The notes beneath the pieces were generated by a model. The model was not told where the DNA came from and did no database searches. It saw only the letters and a program-made list of their open reading frames with translations. A DNA stretch of 64,000 nucleotides from an uncultured Eubacterium sp. GTDB lineage: Bacteria > Bacillota > Clostridia > Lachnospirales > Lachnospiraceae. A program made the translations under genes and the position numbers. Where the stretch lies: NCBI GenBank assembly GCA_964387345.1, contig CAYLWI010000001.1:47525-111524 (forward strand). The letters run 5' to 3'. This document shows, piece by piece, positions 1-9,279 of this stretch (position 1 is its first letter; the number at the start of each line of letters is the position of its first letter).

Positions 1-309
1 CTGAATAAGGATCTCACAGTCAGCAGGCGGGGGGGGCAGGCGGCGTCCACGGCAGATTTTAAAAAACTGACCTCCTACGTGGAGGGACAGATCCAGTCTG
101 CGGCGGACAGGATTCTGAAGGGTGAGATTCATGTGAATCCCTACCGTCTGGGAGACCAGACAGGGTGTGATTATTGTGGATTCCGGAGTGTCTGTGGTTT
201 TGACGGAAGGATTCCCGGATACGGATATCAGATGGAAGAAAAGCTGAGGGATGAGGAGATCTGGGAGAAGCTGAAAGAAAAGGCGGATAGTCAGGAGAAA
301 ACAGTATGA
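1..309 (+). CDS. addB: AddB helicase/nuclease subunit, C-terminal part (runs off window start)
   Basis: Frame 1 is open from base 1. C-terminal CDYCGFRSVC Fe-S ligand cluster; stop overlaps the addA start. Confidence 0.9.
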   Translation: MNKDLTVSRRGGQAASTADFKKLTSYVEGQIQSAADRILKGEIHVNPYRLGDQTGCDYCGFRSVCGFDGRIPGYGYQMEEKLRDEEIWEKLKEKADSQEKTV

Positions 310-3300
310 AAAACGGAACTGTAAAGGAAGACCGGAAAAAAGAAAATACAGGCCGGCAAGAAAGGACAGGAGAGGTTTCCTGGACCCCCGAACAGAGAAA
401 AGTTATTGATCTGAGGAACCGGAGCATGCTGGTGTCCGCGGCCGCGGGTTCCGGTAAAACGGCAGTTCTGGTGGAACGGATCCTTTCCATGATTATGGAT
501 ACAGAGCATCCTGTGGATGTGGATCAGCTTCTGGTGGTGACCTTTACCAACGCGGCCGCGGCGGAGATGCGGGAGCGGATACGGAAGGCCATTGAGAAAG
601 CGGCGGAGGCAGATCCGGGAAATGTCCATCTGCAGCGGCAGATGACATTGATCCACAATGCCCAGATTACTACTATTGACAGCTTCTGCAGCTATGTTCT
701 GCGGAATTATTTTCACCGGATCGGACTGGAACCGGGGTTCCGGATCGGAGATCCGGGAGAACTGACGCTTATGCGGGAGGATGTCTGTGATCAGGTGCTG
801 GAAGAGTTTTATGAAAAAAAGGATTCCCGGTTCCTTCAGTTTGCAGACAGCTATTCCACTGCAAAAAGTGACCAGCCGGTCCGGGAAATGATTCTGAGAC
901 TTTACGATTTTTCCCAGAGTTATCCCTGGCCGGATGAGTGGCTGGCCGGATGCGCGGATCAGTACCGGGCCGGTTCCGCGGAAGAACTGGAGAAGAAGCC
1001 CTGGGCGGCTGATTTCCTTGCTTATCTTCATGTGCGGATAGCGGAAGAGGTCAGCCGTTACCGGGAGATTTACGAATATACCCTGGATCCAGATGGTCCG
1101 CAGGTATATGAATCCACCATGGCAGACGATCTCTGTCAGCTGGAAGGGCTGCTGGAGTGCCGTCATCTGACAGACTGGCAGGAGCGTCTTGGGTCTCTGA
1201 CATGGAAACGTCTGCCCCCGGCACGGAAATATGAAGGCAGTCCGGAAAAAAAGGATGCGGTAACGGACGCCAGAAAAAGACTGAAGGGTCAGATGGATGA
1301 TTACAGGAAAAAGTATTTTTCTTCTGATATCTGTGAGCAGACAGATATTCTGAATAAAACCTCTTACATGGTGGAAATGCTTGTAGAACTGACCATTGCT
1401 TTCGGAGAACGTTTCCATACAGAAAAAAGTAAAAAAAATATGATGGATTTTTCTGATGTGGAGCATTACGCTCTGGACATACTGGTAGATCCGGATACAA
1501 AAGAGCCTACAGAGACTGCGTCGGAATTCCGGGCCCGGTTTGCCGAGGTTATGATTGATGAGTACCAGGACAGCAATTATGTACAGGAGGCGCTTCTGAC
1601 CGCGGTTTCCGGTCTGCCGGAGAACCGGGAAAATATGTTTATGGTGGGAGACGTCAAGCAGAGCATTTACCGTTTTCGTCTGGCCAGGCCGGAACTATTT
1701 ATGGAAAAGTCAGACATTTTTTCTACAGAGGACAGTCTGAAACAGAGGATTGATCTTCACAGGAATTTCCGCAGCCGGGGGGAAGTGGTGGAAGTGGTCA
1801 ACGATATCTTTTACAGGATTATGGGGCGTGACCTGGGGAATGTAGAATATGACAGCGAATCGGCCCTTTACCAGGGAGCAGTTTCCGAGCCATATGAGCA
1901 GGAGGACTGCTGCAGGCCGGAGTGTATTCTGGTGACAGATGATCCACAGGGGGAGGACAAAAAAACAGCGGAGGCCCGCGCGGTGGCTCAGAGGATCCGG
2001 CGGCTGGTGGAAAATCAGGAAATCCCGGGAAAAGAATATAAGGATTGTGTGATTCTGCTGCGTTCCCTGTCGGGATGGGCTGAGATTTTCCAGGAGGTTT
2101 TTGAGCAGGAGGGAATTCCGCTGATTGTGTCCTCCAGGACCGGATATTTTTCTGCCCGTGAGGTACAGACAGTACTTTCCATGCTCCGGATTCTGGATAA
2201 TCCGTTCCAGGACATTCCCCTGGCAGCGGTGATGCGTTCTTTTATCGGACAGTTCACCAGTGAGGAAATGGCGCGGATCCGGATGCTGGAGCCAGCCCTG
2301 CCTTTTTACGGCTGTGTCCGGGAGCTGGCCGCCCGGAGTACGGATCCGGAAGCTTCTGAAGAAAAGAGCGCGGATATGGAGCTCATAAGGAAAACAGCCA
2401 GGTTCTGGGAAAAAATAAATTCTTTCCGGCAGCGGGTACCATATACTCCGGTTCATATACTGATCCAGCAGATTTATAAAGAGACAGGTTTCCGGGATTA
2501 TGTAACGGCGCTTCCGGCAGGCGGACAGCGGCGGGCAAATCTGGATATGCTTCTGGAAAAGGCAGTTGCCTATGGAAAAACAAGCTATCACGGCCTGTTT
2601 CATTTTGTGCGTTATATTGACCGTCTTATGAAATATAATGTGGATTACGGTGAGGCAGAGAGGATGGGAGAGCAGGAAAACGCGGTGCGTCTCATGACGA
2701 TCCATAAGAGCAAGGGACTGGAATTTCCGGTTGTGATTCTGGCAGGGATGGGAAAGTCTTTTAATACCCAGGATGTGAAAAGCAGTATGATCTTTCATCC
2801 GGAATATGGTATAGGACTGAAGTTCCCTGATCCGGAGAAAAGAATCCGGAGGGATACCCTGATCCGGCAGGCTTTTTCTATAGAGATGAAAAAAGAGAAT
2901 CTGGGTGAAGAGCTCAGAATATTATACGTGGCGCTTACCAGAGCGCAGGAAAAGCTGATTCTCACGGGATATGGAAAAACAGAGCAGGCGGAAAAGCTTT
3001 CCAGAATGGAGAAGGGAGAGAGATTGTCTTTTTCACAGCGCATGGATGCCTCCTGTTACTGGGACTGGGTTCTGCCTGCCCTGGGAAGCTATGGAGAAAA
3101 ATATCCTGTTGAAATCTGCAGTTTCGGGAAGCGTGTGGAGAATGAAAAAAGCAGGCAGGAGGCGCTCCGTGAGGAGAAGAAGGAACTGGAGAAAGCCCTG
3201 GAACAGGTGGATGAGAAAATTTATGAGAGGCTTGACGCGGATCTGAAATGGGAATATCCATATGAACAGAATGAGAGGCTGAAGCAGAAAGTATCTGTTT

Positions 3301-3971
3301 CTGAAATCAAGCACCGCGCCATGGAGGAAGCCCGTGAAATTCTGGAAGAGTCCGGGGAAGCGGAACTGTTCCCCCGGGAAATACCGGCGCCCTATATTCC
3401 CAGGTTTGTCCGGGAAAAGGAGGAAAACCGGGGGGCGCTCCGGGGAACCGCCATGCACCGGTTTATGGAGTGTCTTGATTTTGGGAGGATTCCCGGTCTG
3501 GATGGCCGGGAAGCAGCAGAACGGTATCTGGAACAGGAAGCAGCAGAAATGATCCGGAAAGAGCGTATGACAAAAGAAGAAATGGAGCTTGTGAATTTTT
3601 ATCAGGTTTTTCGCTTTCTGGATACAGAAGAAGCCGCCCATATGTGTATGGCTGCCGGGAAGCAGCTTCTGAGGAAGGAACAGCCCTTTGTAATGTCGCT
3701 GCCAGCCTCCCGGGTGTGGCCGGATACAGAGACGGAGGAACCGGTGCTGGTCCAGGGGATCATTGATGTTTTCTGGGAAGAAGAGGATGGTATTGTGCTG
3801 CTGGATTATAAGACAGACCGGGTGGAAACGCCGGAAGAACTGGCGCAGAGATACCGGGCGCAGCTTCTGCTCTATGCGGATGCCCTTGACCGTTCTTTTT
3901 CCGGGAAGAAGGTAAAGGAGATTCTGATTTATTCGTTCCGGCTGAATCAGATGATCCGGGTGGAACGGTGA
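306..3971 (+). CDS. addA: ATP-dependent helicase/nuclease subunit A
   Basis: 1221 aa; AAAGSGKT Walker A, DEYQD, GDVKQSIYRFR, TIHKSKGLEF, C-terminal DYKTD nuclease motif. Confidence 0.97.
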   Translation: MKNGTVKEDRKKENTGRQERTGEVSWTPEQRKVIDLRNRSMLVSAAAGSGKTAVLVERILSMIMDTEHPVDVDQLLVVTFTNAAAAEMRERIRKAIEKAAEADPGNVHLQRQMTLIHNAQITTIDSFCSYVLRNYFHRIGLEPGFRIGDPGELTLMREDVCDQVLEEFYEKKDSRFLQFADSYSTAKSDQPVREMILRLYDFSQSYPWPDEWLAGCADQYRAGSAEELEKKPWAADFLAYLHVRIAEEVSRYREIYEYTLDPDGPQVYESTMADDLCQLEGLLECRHLTDWQERLGSLTWKRLPPARKYEGSPEKKDAVTDARKRLKGQMDDYRKKYFSSDICEQTDILNKTSYMVEMLVELTIAFGERFHTEKSKKNMMDFSDVEHYALDILVDPDTKEPTETASEFRARFAEVMIDEYQDSNYVQEALLTAVSGLPENRENMFMVGDVKQSIYRFRLARPELFMEKSDIFSTEDSLKQRIDLHRNFRSRGEVVEVVNDIFYRIMGRDLGNVEYDSESALYQGAVSEPYEQEDCCRPECILVTDDPQGEDKKTAEARAVAQRIRRLVENQEIPGKEYKDCVILLRSLSGWAEIFQEVFEQEGIPLIVSSRTGYFSAREVQTVLSMLRILDNPFQDIPLAAVMRSFIGQFTSEEMARIRMLEPALPFYGCVRELAARSTDPEASEEKSADMELIRKTARFWEKINSFRQRVPYTPVHILIQQIYKETGFRDYVTALPAGGQRRANLDMLLEKAVAYGKTSYHGLFHFVRYIDRLMKYNVDYGEAERMGEQENAVRLMTIHKSKGLEFPVVILAGMGKSFNTQDVKSSMIFHPEYGIGLKFPDPEKRIRRDTLIRQAFSIEMKKENLGEELRILYVALTRAQEKLILTGYGKTEQAEKLSRMEKGERLSFSQRMDASCYWDWVLPALGSYGEKYPVEICSFGKRVENEKSRQEALREEKKELEKALEQVDEKIYERLDADLKWEYPYEQNERLKQKVSVSEIKHRAMEEAREILEESGEAELFPREIPAPYIPRFVREKEENRGALRGTAMHRFMECLDFGRIPGLDGREAAERYLEQEAAEMIRKERMTKEEMELVNFYQVFRFLDTEEAAHMCMAAGKQLLRKEQPFVMSLPASRVWPDTETEEPVLVQGIIDVFWEEEDGIVLLDYKTDRVETPEELAQRYRAQLLLYADALDRSFSGKKVKEILIYSFRLNQMIRVER

Positions 3972-4046
3972 CAGGAGATCGGAAATGCGAAGTCCCCAGG
4001 CGGATATTCCTGCGGAGGGAAATATAATCTGAAAAGGAGAAAGACA

Positions 4047-4625
4047 ATGAAGATTATACTGGCGTCTGCGTCGCCCCGGCGCAGAGAATTGCTGACACAG
4101 ATGGGGCTGGAGTTTGAAGTACGTCCGTCCTGCGGGGAAGAAGTAATTACAAAGGAGACTCCTGCGGAAGCAGTCATGGAACTGGCGGAGCAGAAGGCCG
4201 CTGAAATCGCGGCCCTGACAGCGAAGGAGCGGCCCGGCGAAGAGATTCTGGTAATCGGCGCCGATACGGTTGTGGTGAAGGATCATCAGATTCTGGGAAA
4301 ACCGGAGGATGAAGAGGATGCGGTGAGGATGCTGCACAGGCTTTCCGGCGATGTACATCAGGTGTACACAGGCGTCTGTCTGATTGTTCTTGGGAAGGGA
4401 CAGCAGAAAACCAGGACTTTTTATGAGTCTACGGATGTTCATTTCTATCCCATGACCAATCAGGAGATTCTGGATTATGTAAATACCGGCGATCCCATGG
4501 ATAAGGCCGGGGCATATGGCATCCAGGGACTCTGCGGGAAATATATCAGAGGCATTGAGGGCGATTATAATAACGTGGTGGGACTTCCCATTGCCAGACT
4601 GTATCGGGAAATGAAAGAACTTTAA
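4047..4625 (+). CDS. maf: Maf-family nucleoside triphosphate pyrophosphatase
   Basis: ILASASPRR, GADTVV, KAGAYGIQG, NVVGLP motifs. Confidence 0.95.
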   Translation: MKIILASASPRRRELLTQMGLEFEVRPSCGEEVITKETPAEAVMELAEQKAAEIAALTAKERPGEEILVIGADTVVVKDHQILGKPEDEEDAVRMLHRLSGDVHQVYTGVCLIVLGKGQQKTRTFYESTDVHFYPMTNQEILDYVNTGDPMDKAGAYGIQGLCGKYIRGIEGDYNNVVGLPIARLYREMKEL

Positions 4626-4746
4626 TTTCCTATTTCCGGAATACTGGTTGCGGGAATGGCCGGGAACCGTTATAATCTATGTGACATGGAATTTTTGAAC
4701 CGGATCGGTTCATGTGAGACAGATATAAAGGAAGGGGAAGAGAACT

Positions 4747-5010
4747 ATGGGGCAGTATGACAGGATCATCATTGATACATTTTTGAAAAACCAGCTTCAG
4801 CTTTTTCCGGAAAAGGTTGCTGAAACGCCGGAGGAGGCAGAGGAATTTCTGGAGATCTGCGACGCGGTTGTCTGTAAAAATATCAAAGAGGTACGGGAGT
4901 ATTTTGAGGAATGCGGAGCAGATATTTCAGGGATGAGCAGCAGAGATCTGGCGGAGGCGGAGGAGGTTTTTGCGCTTCCGGATGGAAGATATCTGGTAGT
5001 GGAAGGCTGA
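4747..5010 (+). CDS. Small acidic conserved hypothetical protein (often auto-annotated as glyoxalase in Clostridiales)
   Basis: 87 aa with AAGGAAGGGG RBS; ends EVFALPDGRYLVVEG. Family recalled, function unproven. Confidence 0.6.
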   Translation: MGQYDRIIIDTFLKNQLQLFPEKVAETPEEAEEFLEICDAVVCKNIKEVREYFEECGADISGMSSRDLAEAEEVFALPDGRYLVVEG

Positions 5011-5040
5011 TGAAAAGACTGATACATTAGGAGAAAAAAC

Positions 5041-6063
5041 GTGCTGAAATCAGAGATACAAAAGAGGAAAACAAATCATAAGAAACAGCTTGCGGTGATA
5101 TTTCTGGCAGCGCTTCTGATCGGAACCGCGGCTGCAGCGTCCGGCTGCAGCGGGCCGTCTCTCCCATCTCTGGGAGGAAAATATGTTTTTAAAATGGGAA
5201 GCGAGAAGTGTCCGGAAAAGGAAGCGAAGATCATTCTGATGAGTTATCAGAAGGATTACAGTTCTTTTTATGGAATCGATATGTGGTCCGGTGAATATGA
5301 AGATGGAAACAGCCTGGAAGATTATGTGAAGGAGCTGGCCATATCCCAGCTGGCACAGGTCTATACCCTGGATATTATTGCCGGGGAGCAGGAGTTTGTG
5401 CTGTCTGAAGAGGAGACTGCGGAAACAGAGGCAGCGGCGAAGGAATTTATGGAAGGGCTTGATGATGCTGAACAGGAGTATCTGGGCGTTAGTGAGGGAG
5501 ATGTACAGAATCTGTACGAACGGTATCTTCTGGCAGAAAAGCTCTACACCAGTCTGACAGAGAGTGTATCCTCAGAGGTCAGTGATGATGAAGCCCGGGT
5601 CATGGATATGAAGCAGATCTGTGTGTCAGATGAGGATACCGCGGATGAAATTGTATCCCGACTTGCATCGGGAGCGGATTTTTCTGCAATGGCTGAAGAT
5701 TACAACGAATCGTCAGTTACAGATCTTCATGTGACAAGGACAACATATGACACAGAGGTTTCTGATCAGTTGTTTGCTCTTGGCACAGGGGACTTCAGCA
5801 ATGTGATATCCATGGATGGATCCTATTATATTTTTTACTGCGTAAATACCTTTAATGAGACGCTGACCCAGGAAAATAAAGAGAGTGTTCTGACCCGGCG
5901 GATGGAGGACGCCGTCAACAGCGTCTATACTTCTTATACGAATCAGCTGGATTCGGAATTAAACGAGAAGGTCTGGGGAGATGTGAGAGTAGATACTTCA
6001 TTGCCTCTGGAAGGCTCTTCTTTCCTGGAAATTTATAATGAGTATTTCGGAAGTTCCTTCTGA
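5041..6063 (+). CDS. PrsA/PpiC-type peptidyl-prolyl isomerase-like lipoprotein
   Basis: Basic N-terminus, hydrophobic stretch and ASGC lipobox; rotamase-like segment ADEIVSRLASGADFSAMAEDY. Start codon uncertain. Confidence 0.75.
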   Translation: MLKSEIQKRKTNHKKQLAVIFLAALLIGTAAAASGCSGPSLPSLGGKYVFKMGSEKCPEKEAKIILMSYQKDYSSFYGIDMWSGEYEDGNSLEDYVKELAISQLAQVYTLDIIAGEQEFVLSEEETAETEAAAKEFMEGLDDAEQEYLGVSEGDVQNLYERYLLAEKLYTSLTESVSSEVSDDEARVMDMKQICVSDEDTADEIVSRLASGADFSAMAEDYNESSVTDLHVTRTTYDTEVSDQLFALGTGDFSNVISMDGSYYIFYCVNTFNETLTQENKESVLTRRMEDAVNSVYTSYTNQLDSELNEKVWGDVRVDTSLPLEGSSFLEIYNEYFGSSF

Positions 6064-6105
6064 AGCAGTTTCCGGAAGCGGATTTTGGAAAGAAAGGACA
6101 TGGAA

Positions 6106-6519
6106 ATGAAAGAAAAGCTTCTGATACAGACGGCGCTGGATATGCGAAAAAACTCTTATGTTCCCTATTCCGGCTTTGCTGTGGGCGCAGGACTTCTGAC
6201 AAAGGATGGAAAAGTTTATGGTGGATGCAACATTGAGAATGCGGCATATACGCCGACAAACTGCGCCGAAAGAACGGCTTTTTTCAAGGCGGTCAGCGAG
6301 GGGGAGCGGGAGTTTTCCGCCATTGCCATTGCGGGCGGTCCGGTGGATGCGGAGTTCCTGGATTACTGCGCGCCCTGCGGCGTCTGCCGTCAGGTGATGG
6401 AAGAGTTCTGTAATGCGGATGATTTCCAGATCATACTGGCAAAGTCGGAGGATGAATATAAGGTATATACATTGAGGGAACTGTTTCCCTCCGGGTTCGG
6501 ACCGGGGAATCTGATGTAA
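6106..6519 (+). CDS. cdd: Cytidine deaminase
   Basis: NIENAAY, CAERTA and PCGVCRQ zinc motifs; start chosen by RBS spacing. Confidence 0.95.
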   Translation: MKEKLLIQTALDMRKNSYVPYSGFAVGAGLLTKDGKVYGGCNIENAAYTPTNCAERTAFFKAVSEGEREFSAIAIAGGPVDAEFLDYCAPCGVCRQVMEEFCNADDFQIILAKSEDEYKVYTLRELFPSGFGPGNLM

Positions 6520-6638
6520 TCTGTAATCTTGATGGGTAAGCTGGCGGTGGGTTCTGCCGGAAGATGATCCGGGAAATGGAGAAGAGACCGGGGTCTGGGA
6601 TTTTACAATGTGGAAAACGAAATGGATAACAAAAATGA

Positions 6639-6672
6639 AAATGAGGGCATACCATAGGGTATGTCCTCATTT
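6639..6672 (-). terminator. Rho-independent terminator of htpG
   Basis: AATGAGGGCATACC-ATAG-GGTATGTCCTCATT hairpin with a U-rich tail on the minus strand. Confidence 0.7.
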
Positions 6673-6681
6673 TCCGGATAT

Positions 6682-8772
6682 TTAATTGTCCTTATTGGCC
6701 AGGATCAGCATAATCTCATTGCTGCGGTTTACGAAAGCAGTCATGGCTTCCGGAGAGAGGGGCTGATTGGAGAGCATTGCCAGGTCATAGAGCTGTCTGC
6801 AGAAGACCGGTACGTGCTCGCTGTCCCTGTGCTCCAGAATATACTGGACAAGAGGATTGCTCACATTCAGGGTCAGGGTCTCATTTCCGCCGAACATGGA
6901 AGGATCCATACCGTACATATTGTACATCTTCATCATATCCTGCATACGTCTGCCTTCCTCATTGAGAGTAATAACAGAAGCAACGGAGGTATCTTTTAAT
7001 TTCTCAACTTTGACGTCCAGTTTATCCTTTTCCAGGGCTTTCCGGAAGGTCTCAGTAAGGGAATCCAGGGCATCCTTCAGATCCTCTTCGGAGACGTCTT
7101 CTTTCAGCGCGTCTGTCACATCAGCGTCAATCCGCATGAATTTGTAATTCTGGTTTCGCTGCTCTAACTGGGTGATGAAAGAAGTATCAATATTGTGATC
7201 CAGGATTACGGCGTTCATACCGGATTCCTTAAACATCCGGATATACTGACCCTGCTGGTTTACATCAGTTACATAATAGACGGTCTTACGTGTATCCTTA
7301 TCTGCGTCATCTGCGGCATTTTCATCGGAAACGGTATCGTCAGAAGCATCTTCCGGTTTTGCATCTGCATTCTCTTCGTTCTTCTTTTCTTCCTCTTCCT
7401 TCAGCAGCTCCGGAAGAGTGAGATACTTATCGTTGATATCCTTAAACAGAATGTAATCGTTCATCCTGTCACAGAATTTGGTATCTCTCAGGCAGCCGTA
7501 TTTGATGAAGGGACTGATATCGTCCCAGTATTTTTCATAGTTCTCCTTTTCTGTCTTACACATACCGGTGAGCTTATCAGCCACTTTTTTGGTGATGTAC
7601 TCGGAAATTTTCTTCACAAAACCGTCATTCTGCAGCGCGCTTCTGGAGACATTCAGAGGCAGATCCGGGCAGTCGATGACGCCCTTTAACAGCATCAGGA
7701 ATTCCGGAATTACTTCTTTTATATTATCGGCGATGAATACCTGGTTATTGTACAGCTTGATGGTTCCCTCGATGGAATCGTACTCTGTATTAATCTTCGG
7801 GAAGTACAGGATGCCCTTTAAGTTGAAGGGATAATCCATGTTCAGATGAATCCAGAACAGCGGCTCTTTATAATCGTTAAATACTGTCCGGTAAAACTTC
7901 TTGTATTCCTCTTCGGTACACTCGTTGGGATGTTTTGTCCAGAGGGGATGGATATCGTTGATGGGGACGGGACGCTTTACAATCTTCAGCTTCTCCGTCC
8001 GGGGAGATACCTCAACAATTTCCTTCTCGCCGTTTTCATTTTCTTTTTCTTCAGTCTTTGCCTCTTCCACGATGGTTTCGACAACAACATCTTTGTCCGT
8101 TTTTTCTTCGGGAAGAATCGTCTCATACTGGGTCTCGGCATTCTCATTTACCAGATAAATCTCTGTAGGCATGAAGGAGCAGTACTTCTCCAGGACTTCC
8201 CTGGCTCTGTATTCGTTGGCAAATTCCAGGCAGTCTTCATTTAAGAACAGGGTAATCTCTGTACCCACTGTAGTCTTATTGCCCTCTGCCATATCAAATT
8301 CAGTACCGCCGTCACAGCTCCAGTGAACCGGCGCGGCCCCCTCTTTATAGGAAAGGGTATCGATCTGTACCTCATCTGCCACCATGAAAGCAGAGTAAAA
8401 ACCGAGACCGAAATGGCCGATGATCTGATCCTCGCTGGACTTGTCCTTGTATTTCTCCAGGAAGTCGGTAGCGCCGGAGAAGGCGATCTGGTTAATGTAT
8501 TCCTCCACCTCGTCGGCGGTCATGCCGATACCGTTATCAATCACTTTGATGGTCTTATCGTTCGCGTTGACACGGACCTCTACCTTCGGCTCATAATCAT
8601 CAGGCAGCGCATACTCGCCGATGACGTCAAGCTTTTTCAGCTTGGTAATGGCATCGCAGCCGTTGGAAATCAGCTCACGATAGAAGATATCATGGTCAGA
8701 ATACAACCATTTTTTAATAATAGGGAAAATGTTTTCGCTGTTGATGGAAAGGTTTCCATGTTTGTTGCTCAT
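6682..8772 (-). CDS. htpG: Hsp90 chaperone HtpG
   Basis: RELISN, DNGIGM, IGHFGLGFYS, PLNVSRS motifs; 696 aa. Confidence 0.97.
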   Translation of the reverse strand: MSNKHGNLSINSENIFPIIKKWLYSDHDIFYRELISNGCDAITKLKKLDVIGEYALPDDYEPKVEVRVNANDKTIKVIDNGIGMTADEVEEYINQIAFSGATDFLEKYKDKSSEDQIIGHFGLGFYSAFMVADEVQIDTLSYKEGAAPVHWSCDGGTEFDMAEGNKTTVGTEITLFLNEDCLEFANEYRAREVLEKYCSFMPTEIYLVNENAETQYETILPEEKTDKDVVVETIVEEAKTEEKENENGEKEIVEVSPRTEKLKIVKRPVPINDIHPLWTKHPNECTEEEYKKFYRTVFNDYKEPLFWIHLNMDYPFNLKGILYFPKINTEYDSIEGTIKLYNNQVFIADNIKEVIPEFLMLLKGVIDCPDLPLNVSRSALQNDGFVKKISEYITKKVADKLTGMCKTEKENYEKYWDDISPFIKYGCLRDTKFCDRMNDYILFKDINDKYLTLPELLKEEEEKKNEENADAKPEDASDDTVSDENAADDADKDTRKTVYYVTDVNQQGQYIRMFKESGMNAVILDHNIDTSFITQLEQRNQNYKFMRIDADVTDALKEDVSEEDLKDALDSLTETFRKALEKDKLDVKVEKLKDTSVASVITLNEEGRRMQDMMKMYNMYGMDPSMFGGNETLTLNVSNPLVQYILEHRDSEHVPVFCRQLYDLAMLSNQPLSPEAMTAFVNRSNEIMLILANKDN

Positions 8773-8817
8773 TGTTCATCACTCCTGCAAATGTAAAATT
8801 CTGATTCACTAAAACAT

Positions 8818-8846
8818 ACTATAATACCGCGGATTCAAAAAGTCAA
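8818..8846 (-). promoter_or_regulatory. Sigma-A promoter of htpG
   Basis: TTGACT-17bp-TATAGT on the minus strand. Confidence 0.75.
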
Positions 8847-8853
8847 TAGAAAA

Positions 8854-8880
8854 TCAGCACTCTTTTTAAATGAGTGCTAA
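8854..8880. promoter_or_regulatory. CIRCE element (HrcA operator) upstream of htpG
   Basis: TCAGCACTC-N9-GAGTGCTAA, one mismatch to TTAGCACTC-N9-GAGTGCTAA. Confidence 0.92.
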
Positions 8881-9009
8881 CAAAACCAGGAAAGTAAGGA
8901 ACGGGCTTGAACAGGAACTGTTGTTTCTGGTAGAATAAAAAATCAGAAGAGCCTGCATAATCAGAAGAAGGCAGGCTGATCGGAATATACGGAAGGAAGG
9001 AGCATCTGA

Positions 9010-9267
9010 ATGGAAACAAGAGTGGCGGTACTTAGTATCATTGTGGAAAATATGGAAGTTGTGGAGCAGCTGAACACCATACTTCATCAGAACGGAAAAT
9101 ATATTATAGGAAGAATGGGGATTCCTTACCGGAATAGAAATATTAATATCATCAGTATTGCGGTGGACGCTCCCCAGGATGTGATTTCCGCTCTTTCCGG
9201 AAAGATCGGATCTTTGCAGGGCATCAGTGTGAAGACCGCTTATTCCAGCAAGATCTACCGGGATTAG
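9010..9267 (+). CDS. TM1266-family ACT-like protein (putative iron-only hydrogenase system regulator)
   Basis: 85 aa; RVAVLSIIVE...IIGRMGIPY...ISALSGKIGSLQGISVKTAY pattern. Confidence 0.85.
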   Translation: METRVAVLSIIVENMEVVEQLNTILHQNGKYIIGRMGIPYRNRNINIISIAVDAPQDVISALSGKIGSLQGISVKTAYSSKIYRD

Positions 9268-9279
9268 GGGGAGAGGCTT

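Noticed and set aside
28-36. G homopolymer in addB as a phase-variation tract
   Set aside because: The frame is intact, the run is short and the gene is a core repair function.
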